37,623 bases of DNA, from contig CBFGVE010000001.1 of assembly GCA_965651915.1 (NCBI GenBank), positions 1 through 37,623 on the forward strand, in the 5' to 3' direction. Each line of letters opens with the position of its first letter. The first letter of the stretch is position 1. Of this stretch, positions 20,190 to 26,770 are shown piece by piece. Both the position numbers and the translations under genes were made by a program. This DNA is from an uncultured bacterium. Its GTDB lineage: Bacteria; Verrucomicrobiota; Kiritimatiellia; CBFGVE01. The notes under the pieces were generated by a model that saw only the letters and a list, made by a program, of their open reading frames with translations, was not told the DNA's origin and ran no database searches.

Positions 20190-20308
20190 CCCGCCGCGTT
20201 CGGCGCAGGGCCTAAAAAAACTTGTCGAAAAGGGGATCGTGGCGCAGTATCTTCGGCTTGAACCCCTTCCGCAGCCCTGCGCTGCGCCAACGCGAGGAAC
20301 AGACGATC

Positions 20309-21682
20309 ATGGCCGAGGTCACTCTCGAAGAATCCAGCCGCAAAGTCCGCGACCTTTACCAGAAGGCCTACGGGGCCATGGAGCGGGGCAATCTCGACTA
20401 CGCCATGGACATGTTCGAGCAGGTCCTCGAACTGGAGCCCGGCCTGCTGCAGGCCCGCCGCTGCCTGCGCGCCGCCGCCCTCAAGAAGTTCAAGGACAAG
20501 AAAGTTGGCCAGTTCGCCCAGAGCAGGGCGTCCATCACCGGCATGGGCACGATGATGAAGCTCAACGGCGCGTTGAAGAAGGATCCGGTGAAGGCCGTGG
20601 CCTACGGCGAGAAGCTGCTGCGCATGGCCCCGCTCCACCTGCCCTTCGTCCGCACCTTCGCCCAGGCCGCCCTCGCCGCCGAGATGCCCGAGGTGGCCAT
20701 CCAGGCGCTGGAGATCGCCAAGGAGCACAACCCCGCCGACTACGACCTCATCAAGTGGCTTGGCCAGCTCTACCTCGACGCCAACGAGACCCACAAGGGC
20801 CGCCAGTGCTTCGAGATCCTCGTCCAGCTCCGCCCCAACGACCAGGAGGCCATCAAGAACCTCAAGGATGCCGCCGCCCTCGACACCATGAACAAGGGCG
20901 GCTGGACCGGGGCCAAGTCCTACCGCGACGCGATGAAAGACAAGAAGGAGGCCGCCCTCCTCGAACAGCAGGCCAAGGCGGTCAAGACCGGCCGCGGCGC
21001 CGAGGACCTCATCGCCGACACCCTCCGCAAGATCGAGCGCGAGCCGGACAACATCAACTACCGTCGCGCCCTCGCCGAGCTGTACGCCAAGGCCGAGCGC
21101 TTCGAGGAGGCCCTGCAGGCCCTGGGCGAGGCCCAGCAGCGCAGCGGCGGCGACCCGCAGCTTGAGCGCGCCATCTCCCAGGTCCGCGTCCACGAGTACG
21201 ACGCCCGCATCCGCGAGCTGCGCAGTGCCGGCGACGAGGCCGGGGCCGAGGCTCTCGAAGCCGAGAAGGACGCCTACGTGCTTCAGGACGCCACCGAGCG
21301 GGTCAACCTCTACCCCAACGACCTCGGCTTCAAGTTCGAGCTGGGCCAGCTCCTCTACCAGCACCAGCAGTACACCGAGGCCATCCAGCAGCTACAGCTC
21401 GCCCAGCGCAACCCTGCCCGCCGCCTCGAGGCCCTCTACTACCTCGGCCTCTGCTTCAAGGCCAAGAACCAGCTCGACATCGCCGCCGAACAGCTCGAGA
21501 AGGCCAACTCCGAGTACACCACCATGAATGCCACCAAGAAGGACATCATGTACGAGCTGGGCCTCATCTACGAGGCGATGGGCCGCAAGGACCAGGCCCT
21601 AAAGCAGTTCAAGGAGATCTACTCGGTGGACATCTCCTACCGCGACGTGGCCGACCGCATCGAGAAGGGCTACGCCGGCTAG
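20309..21682 (+). CDS. Tetratricopeptide-repeat protein
   Basis: Repeated TPR-like helical hairpins ('YAMDMFEQVLELEPG', 'EEALQALGEAQ', 'YYLGLCFKAKNQLDIAAEQLEKA', 'YELGLIYEAMGRKDQALKQFKEIY'). Start set to the ATG at 20309 with a GAGGAA RBS. The track ORF begins at a TTG. Confidence 0.7.
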   Translation: MAEVTLEESSRKVRDLYQKAYGAMERGNLDYAMDMFEQVLELEPGLLQARRCLRAAALKKFKDKKVGQFAQSRASITGMGTMMKLNGALKKDPVKAVAYGEKLLRMAPLHLPFVRTFAQAALAAEMPEVAIQALEIAKEHNPADYDLIKWLGQLYLDANETHKGRQCFEILVQLRPNDQEAIKNLKDAAALDTMNKGGWTGAKSYRDAMKDKKEAALLEQQAKAVKTGRGAEDLIADTLRKIEREPDNINYRRALAELYAKAERFEEALQALGEAQQRSGGDPQLERAISQVRVHEYDARIRELRSAGDEAGAEALEAEKDAYVLQDATERVNLYPNDLGFKFELGQLLYQHQQYTEAIQQLQLAQRNPARRLEALYYLGLCFKAKNQLDIAAEQLEKANSEYTTMNATKKDIMYELGLIYEAMGRKDQALKQFKEIYSVDISYRDVADRIEKGYAG

Positions 21683-21703
21683 CGGCAAGGGGAGGGGCGG
21701 GGC

Positions 21704-22600
21704 ATGGTCCGAATTACTGTTTGCGTCGTTCTTCTCTCGGCCTGCTTGGTTGGCTGCACCCCCGCGCCCGAGCCCGGCCCGCCCGCCTTCACGGTACTCT
21801 CCTGGAACCTCGACCACTACGGCCCCGCCGACCGCAGCGGCGACCGCCAGGCCGGCGACCTCAAGCCCGATGCGCACATCGCCGCGATCATGCGCGCCAT
21901 CGCGGCGTCGGACGCCGACCTCGTCGTCCTCCAGGAGATGGGCAATCCGGTTCTTTTCGACGGCTTCCGACAGCGCCTCGCCGGGGCCGGCGCCGACTAC
22001 CCCCACCACCTGCTCGTCGAGGCCGAGGACGCCGACCGCTACCTCGCCTTGCTCAGCCGCGCGCCCCTGCGCGACGCCCGCCTGCACACCGAGGACCGCT
22101 ACTCCATCGGCGGCACGCCCTGCCGGGTGGAGCGCGGTTTCATCGAGGCCTCGGTCGAGGCCGCCCCGGGGCGCTGGCTCCGCGTCGTCGCCGCCCACCT
22201 GCGCTCCCGCGACTTCCATCCCCTGGGCCAGACCGAGATGCGGCGCAACGAGGCCCGCATCCTCGGCCAGCACCTCCGCCGCATCCGCCGCGAATTTCCC
22301 AGCGAAGCCATCCTGCTCGCGGGAACCCTCAACGACCTGCCCGGCTCCTCCATCGTGCGCGATGTCATGGGGGAGGGGGACGACGCCCTCCGCGACGTGC
22401 GCCCGGCCGACGCCTACGGCGACGCCTGGACCGCGAGTGATCCCGGCAGCGACCTCTACGAGCGCATCGACTACCTCCTGCTCGGCGGAGCCGGCGGCTG
22501 GCGGGCCGCCGCCGCCGAGATCCTCCACCGCCCCGACCTCCGCGAGGCCTCCCGCCACCGTCCGCTGCTGGTTCGGCTGGAGGCCGTGACGGCGCGCTAG
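21704..22600 (+). CDS. Endonuclease/exonuclease/phosphatase (EEP) family lipoprotein
   Basis: Lipobox 'LLSACLVGC'. EEP motifs 'VLSWNLDHYG', 'DLVVLQEMG' and a C-terminal 'RIDYLL...SRHRPLLV'. Confidence 0.75.
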   Translation: MVRITVCVVLLSACLVGCTPAPEPGPPAFTVLSWNLDHYGPADRSGDRQAGDLKPDAHIAAIMRAIAASDADLVVLQEMGNPVLFDGFRQRLAGAGADYPHHLLVEAEDADRYLALLSRAPLRDARLHTEDRYSIGGTPCRVERGFIEASVEAAPGRWLRVVAAHLRSRDFHPLGQTEMRRNEARILGQHLRRIRREFPSEAILLAGTLNDLPGSSIVRDVMGEGDDALRDVRPADAYGDAWTASDPGSDLYERIDYLLLGGAGGWRAAAAEILHRPDLREASRHRPLLVRLEAVTAR

Positions 22601-22628
22601 CCCAATGAACAACGTTCTCGAAACCGCC

Positions 22629-22649
22629 CCACCGAGCTTGTCTCGGTGG
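22629..22649 (+). terminator. Hairpin downstream of the EEP gene (possible terminator, no T-tract)
   Basis: CCACCGAG-cttgt-CTCGGTGG, a perfect 8-bp stem 29 nt after the stop at 22600. Confidence 0.3.
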
Positions 22650-22734
22650 ACGGAAAGACTTCCCCACGCTAGCGCCCGGCCCCACCACCTCGCTACGCGT
22701 AATCGACCAGCCTTCACGCCTGCCCGCCTCCTCC

Positions 22735-22775
22735 GCTGAGGCGAGTCGCTTAAGGGTAGCCGAGTAAGTGTGGCG
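22735..22775 (+). repeat. Copy 1 of a ~40-nt intergenic repeat family (core TCGCTTAAGGGTAGCCGAGTAAGTGTGGCG)
   Basis: 22746-22775 matches 35878-35907 at 26 of 30 positions with no gaps. The upstream 'GAGG..(A/G)' flank is also shared. Confidence 0.7.
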
Positions 22776-22884
22776 GTGAAGTGTATGGCTTGGAGCCCAC
22801 ATTGGTGGTAGATATTCCTTCTGCACTGCCATGGCGGTATGGTCTCGACTGTAAACGCCCGCACGGAAGCGATGGAACGACGAG

Positions 22885-23238
22885 GTGATCTTGAAGCGAA
22901 CGTTCTTCATGAAGATGAAGGCCGAAGCTGATGCTGACTGGCACATACAGGGGCAGTGCATCTCCGAATCTAAGCAGCCTGTTGAAGGCGCGACAGTGAG
23001 AGCGAGGTTTTTTGAAGCCCGGCCGGCTGATTACGGAGCATTTCCTAGCACCTCCATTGATGTTCGCACTGATCGTGATGGAGGGTTCACGCTTGCCGGC
23101 TTTGGTAGCGTAGTTTTACTGACAGCCGAATCTGCCCAGGGTCAGACTCGATATGCGGTGCGCTTACATAATAAGGAGAAGCCTTCCCGGATGGTTTCAG
23201 TGGTTTTACTACTGGACGGACATGGCGCGAATCGTTGA
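22885..23238 (+). CDS. Small ORF with a carboxypeptidase-regulatory-like (CarboxypepD_reg) beta-sandwich pattern; possibly a gene fragment
   Basis: 'GQCISESKQPVEGATVRARF...DVRTDRDGGFTLAGF...YAVRL'. A/T-rich third codon positions unlike neighbouring genes. GTG start, no signal peptide. Overlapped by an antisense ORF of similar size. Confidence 0.3.
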   Translation: MILKRTFFMKMKAEADADWHIQGQCISESKQPVEGATVRARFFEARPADYGAFPSTSIDVRTDRDGGFTLAGFGSVVLLTAESAQGQTRYAVRLHNKEKPSRMVSVVLLLDGHGANR

Positions 23239-23433
23239 AGAACTGCATCTCCCGGACCGCCGCTGCGACGTCGTTCTCATCGGTTTCGATCACGCTTCCG
23301 AGCAGTCGCTAGACCCGTGAATCCCCGTCTTCTAGGAGCCGCCGGGCTGGGGTCCATCCGCAATCCGCTCCAGAACCGCACCTCGACCCAGTCGGTCTGC
23401 CGAGCCCGCACTGCTGAATCGGGAGGCGCCTCT

Positions 23434-23820
23434 CTAGGTGCCTCGGCGATAGGGTGTGACAAGGTTTCCGAGCATCGGAAAGTGCTTCGTGTTGAGCGTC
23501 ACCAGAGTGAGGTCGCAAATAATCGAGGTTGCGGCGATCACACCGTCGATCAAATCTACGCCATGGCTTGGCGCATACTTGGCCCGAAAATCCCCACCCA
23601 TTTCACATATGGTTGAGTCAGCGGGGATAATATCAAAGACGGCGGTGAACTTGCGAAGCCGCTGTCGTTCGGCGTCGTCCCGGGCGCCTGCGTGCAGTTC
23701 CGCCACGGTAAGCGCCGAGATGCTCATGTGTCCGGGACAGGTCTCGATGTAGTTCACGGCCTGCGGAATATCCCGCAGGTAGTCTATGAGCACATTGGTA
23801 TCCAGAAGGACTCCACTCAC
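23434..23820 (-). CDS. vapC: Type II toxin VapC (PIN-domain ribonuclease)
   Basis: 'VLLDTNVLIDYL', 'ISALTVAELHAGA', 'DGVIAATSIICDLTLVTLNTKHF' carry the PIN acidic residues. The GTG start at 23820 overlaps the vapB stop (GTGA). Confidence 0.8.
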   Translation of the reverse strand: MSGVLLDTNVLIDYLRDIPQAVNYIETCPGHMSISALTVAELHAGARDDAERQRLRKFTAVFDIIPADSTICEMGGDFRAKYAPSHGVDLIDGVIAATSIICDLTLVTLNTKHFPMLGNLVTPYRRGT

Positions 23821-24056
23821 CTGAGCATCCTGGCCTCGATTTCGGATCGGATCGCCTTGGAATCGGTCAGTTCCCGATCCTTCCACAGGCCTCGGCATTC
23901 TCGCAGCGCATCTCGTCTCGGAGTTGCGGATGCGCGGGCAAGGTAGTCGTCGATCGCGGTACGCACCAGCTCGCTCTGTTTGCGCCCGGATTGACGGGCC
24001 AGCGCACGTAGCTTCCTTTGCTCGTCTTCAGTGATGTAGATTTGGGTTCTGACCAT
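23817..24056 (-). CDS. vapB: Type II antitoxin VapB, ribbon-helix-helix (CopG/MetJ-like)
   Basis: 79 aa. 'RTQIYITEDEQRKLRALARQSGRKQSELVRTAIDDYL' is a typical RHH fold sequence. Translationally coupled to the PIN gene. Confidence 0.8.
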   Translation of the reverse strand: MVRTQIYITEDEQRKLRALARQSGRKQSELVRTAIDDYLARASATPRRDALRECRGLWKDRELTDSKAIRSEIEARMLR

Positions 24057-24070
24057 GCTGCGGCTCCACG

Positions 24071-24092
24071 ATGTATAAGCGCAATGTATAAG
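24071..24092 (-). promoter_or_regulatory. Tandem 9-bp direct repeats ATGTATAAG-N4-ATGTATAAG just upstream of vapB (candidate operator and -10 region)
   Basis: On the minus strand: CTTATACAT-TGCG-CTTATACAT, then 14 nt containing GGAG, then the vapB ATG. RHH antitoxins commonly bind direct or inverted repeats in their own promoter. Confidence 0.4.
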
Positions 24093-24256
24093 ATGCGGCG
24101 CAGGATGTCAAGAATGCACAGCCAAGACCGAGCGTGTGCCGCAGTTCTTGCCCGGGAAATGGGGTTTGCTTGCCGACGGATAATGGCCCGCAGGGCCACT
24201 GCCGAAGGCAGCTTCTAGAAGCCGGGCGGGTGCCCTGTCGGCGCTGCGCGCCGATT

Positions 24257-24310
24257 GTCCAAGCCTAGGAGAATGGATCGGGGATTTCCTCCAAGGCTTG
24301 GACGCTTTTT
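24257..24310 (+). terminator. Strong plus-strand intrinsic terminator-like hairpin inside the 411-nt region upstream of the URO-D-family gene
   Basis: GTCCAAGCCT(24257-24266)/AGGCTTGGAC(24294-24303), extended by GGAG/CTCC, followed by GC-TTTTT (24304-24310). There is no plus-strand CDS upstream to terminate. Confidence 0.5.
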
Positions 24311-24467
24311 CCGGCGGCTTGTCCAGGCATTGGATGGTATCCGGCGCTTGAGCCATGCGGTTTCGCCCCGTGAGGATCGTAGATCCCCCTATTCGTCACC
24401 GGAAGCATGGGATGATGGCATTTTCTTCGCACTGCTGAATACTGGCATCAACCAATCGGGAGGGCCT

Positions 24468-25556
24468 ATGACGACCCCACGCGACAACGTACTTCGCCTG
24501 TACCGCAGGCAGGGATATGACTATGCACCGGTCCATATGAGTCTATGTCCTTCGCTGATGGCGACGTACCAGGCGGTGGCTGGGGATGCACCCATGCCCG
24601 AATATTTCGACTATCCCGAGGGCTTCGCCCTGGAAAATGTGCCGGGGCTTCACCTTCGTTCCCGTGATCCGGTGGACTGGAGCGCCTACTTCGACACGCC
24701 CCTGAAGGCGGGGACCCGGTTCAGCCCCTACGGGGTGGCGCATGAGCCCGGCAGCGAGGCCGCCATGCACATGACCTATATGCGGCATCCGCTGGCGAAG
24801 GCGGCCTCGCTGGAAGAGCTGCAGGCCTTCCCGTTTCCGGAGTACGACACCGAGAACGTGGGGCATATGCGCGAGGCCGTGGAGGCCATCCATGCGTCCG
24901 GCCGCGCGGCCTATGGCGGCATGCAGTGCACGATATGGGAAACGGCCTGGTATATTCGCGACATGACGCAGTTGATGGTGGACATGACGATGGAGGATGA
25001 GAAGGCCACGTTCATCCTGGATAAAATCACCGAGCATTCCTGCCTGCGCGCTGCGGCCTTTGCCCGCGCTGGGGCGGACATCATTGATCTGGGCGACGAC
25101 ATCGGCATGCAGCGCACCATTATGATGTCGAAAGCGATGTACGATGAATGGCTCAAGCCGCGACTAGCTCAGGTGATCCGCGCGGCGAAAGCCAAGAAAC
25201 CCGATGTCCTGATCTTCTATCATACGTGCGGCTACGTGAAGCCTCTGATCGACAGCCTGATTGAGGCGGGGGTCGATATTCTCAATCCGGTTCAGCCAGA
25301 ATGCATGGCCTTTGCCAGCATTCACGAGCACTACGGCGACCGGCTCTCCTTCAACGGCACGCTCGGTACGCAGTCCACCATGCCGTTCGGCACGCCGGAA
25401 GAGGTCAGGGCGGTCGTCTTTAAAAATTTGGAGATCGCAGGTCCGGCGGGAGGACTCTTCTGTTGCCCGACCCACCTGCTTGAGCCCGAGGTGCCCTGGG
25501 AAAACGTGGAAGCCTACGTGGCGGCCTGCAAGGAATTCAAGACGGCTGGGGGATGA
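24468..25556 (+). CDS. Uroporphyrinogen decarboxylase (URO-D) family protein (MtaA/CmuA-like methyltransferase-type fold)
   Basis: 362 aa. The C-terminal half is typical of the URO-D family ('GADIIDLGDDIGMQRTIMMS', 'VLIFYHTCGYV', 'GVDILNPVQPECM', 'LSFNGTLGTQSTMPFGTPEEV'). Start set to the ATG at 24468 with a GGGAGGG RBS. Confidence 0.7.
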   Translation: MTTPRDNVLRLYRRQGYDYAPVHMSLCPSLMATYQAVAGDAPMPEYFDYPEGFALENVPGLHLRSRDPVDWSAYFDTPLKAGTRFSPYGVAHEPGSEAAMHMTYMRHPLAKAASLEELQAFPFPEYDTENVGHMREAVEAIHASGRAAYGGMQCTIWETAWYIRDMTQLMVDMTMEDEKATFILDKITEHSCLRAAAFARAGADIIDLGDDIGMQRTIMMSKAMYDEWLKPRLAQVIRAAKAKKPDVLIFYHTCGYVKPLIDSLIEAGVDILNPVQPECMAFASIHEHYGDRLSFNGTLGTQSTMPFGTPEEVRAVVFKNLEIAGPAGGLFCCPTHLLEPEVPWENVEAYVAACKEFKTAGG

Positions 25557-25625
25557 GATAGGATTTTCGCTTTGGCCAACTTTCACCCTGCATCCGGCCA
25601 CCAATGCGGGCTCTAAACCGCAGGC

Positions 25626-25678
25626 CTGCTCTTAACCGCTACCCTTACCCGGATACGCTTAAGCGATCTCCTCACGCG
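25626..25678 (-). repeat. Copy 3 (inverted orientation, diverged, with a ~12-nt insertion) of the ~40-nt repeat family
   Basis: The reverse complement reads GAGGAGATCGCTTAAG-[cgtatccgggta]-AGGGTAGCGGTTAAGAGCAGG. This aligns with GAGGCGAGTCGCTTAAGGGTAGCCGAGTAAGTGTGG of copy 1. Confidence 0.5.
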
Positions 25679-25730
25679 ATGTCCCTCACTCTTCCCGTTC
25701 AAGCGCGTCGAGCAAGGGTATCTGCCCGGT

Positions 25731-26666
25731 TCAGCAAATCATCCCCTTCTTGGACCCAACGCCATGGCCTACGGGATTGGGTCCTATCCAGCGCTCGTCC
25801 GCCGGCTCCCCGGCCGGCTGGTAGCGGGAGTCGGTGGATAGGCGGATGCGGTCGGTGCGGTTATCCGAGGCGGTATGCAAAGTATGCATGCCAAACACCA
25901 ACACATCCCCGATCTGGTAGTGCGCTCCCAGCCAGCGTCCGCCCACCTTGCTCTGTGCCGCCCGGGCATCCTCGTCGAAGGCGCCATTCTGCTTGTCGGA
26001 CTGCCACAGTTTCTTCCCCTCGAGAAGGGCGCTGGCTTCCGGGCCGTTCGAGCAAAAGGTGTCCACATCCATGCTCCAGTATTCGGCGAGCACGTCGTCG
26101 CGTCGGTGCGAGCCCTCGAGGACCAGCAAGCCACCGAAATTCAGCGGCACCTCGCCCAGCGGGGTCCACGCGGTATAGAGATTCGGGGTCCCCCGGTTCA
26201 TGTATACGGTGTCGCAGTGGGGCTCGGTGACGCTGTCGATGCCCGGCACCCGGGCGCGCAGCCAGGTGTAGTCGAAGTGGAGAACCGGTCCGCCGAAAAA
26301 GCGCGCCCAGAACTCCATCATCTCGCCCTCGTAGAGCAAGGCCTCGACGGCGGGATTGTTCAGCGCCAGGTTGGCCTTGAAGACCAGCTCTATCCCGGGG
26401 CGGGGCACGCAGTCCTTCACCGGAGAGGCTGGGTCCAGCAGGCCCTCGGCCGCGAGCTTTTCCGCGATGGATAGCCTTGCGCGCAGCACCCGCTCGGGAT
26501 CGAGCAGTCCCCGCAGGTACAGATATCCATCTTCCTTCATCCGCGACCGCAGGGCCTCGGCATCGTCCGCCACATCGGAGGATTCTCTCAGGTATCCAAA
26601 TCCATCCGGGGAATCCACCAGCGGCACCCCGCGAAACGTGATCTCGTCTATGCCTACTGGTTTCAT
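25731..26666 (-). CDS. Phytanoyl-CoA dioxygenase (PhyH) family Fe(II)/2-oxoglutarate-dependent oxygenase
   Basis: 311 aa. 'GYLYLRGLL', H-x-D in 'EPHCDTVY', distal His in 'VFGMHTLHTASDN', 'RLSTDSRYQ'. Confidence 0.75.
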   Translation of the reverse strand: MKPVGIDEITFRGVPLVDSPDGFGYLRESSDVADDAEALRSRMKEDGYLYLRGLLDPERVLRARLSIAEKLAAEGLLDPASPVKDCVPRPGIELVFKANLALNNPAVEALLYEGEMMEFWARFFGGPVLHFDYTWLRARVPGIDSVTEPHCDTVYMNRGTPNLYTAWTPLGEVPLNFGGLLVLEGSHRRDDVLAEYWSMDVDTFCSNGPEASALLEGKKLWQSDKQNGAFDEDARAAQSKVGGRWLGAHYQIGDVLVFGMHTLHTASDNRTDRIRLSTDSRYQPAGEPADERWIGPNPVGHGVGSKKGMIC

Positions 26667-26770
26667 TTTTTATTCTGTTAATTCTACTGAAAAGCCACGA
26701 TTTGCCTAATCGGACTACCCTCGTACTTCACCATATTCTTAACCGCAATCCTAATCGTTTTCACGCCAGA

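Noticed and set aside
23087-23293. 68-aa minus-strand ORF overlapping the CarboxypepD_reg-like ORF
   Set aside because: It has no recognisable motif and overlaps a plus-strand ORF that at least shows a known domain pattern. Both are low confidence and only the plus-strand one is listed.
24140-24240. Possible cobalamin riboswitch aptamer (GGGAA ... CCCGC ... GCCACTG ... B12-box-like GAAGCCGGGCGGGTGCC)
   Set aside because: Not called as a feature. Only short motif resemblances are present, and the conserved GGTG..AA..CC hairpin and helices could not be formed by eye. It is kept only as something to test with cmsearch under the leader and terminator finding.
26706-26756. Two copies of CCTAATCG about 42 nt apart in the AT-rich region upstream of the PhyH gene
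   Set aside because: An 8-mer repeat is well within chance expectation, and there is no dyad symmetry.
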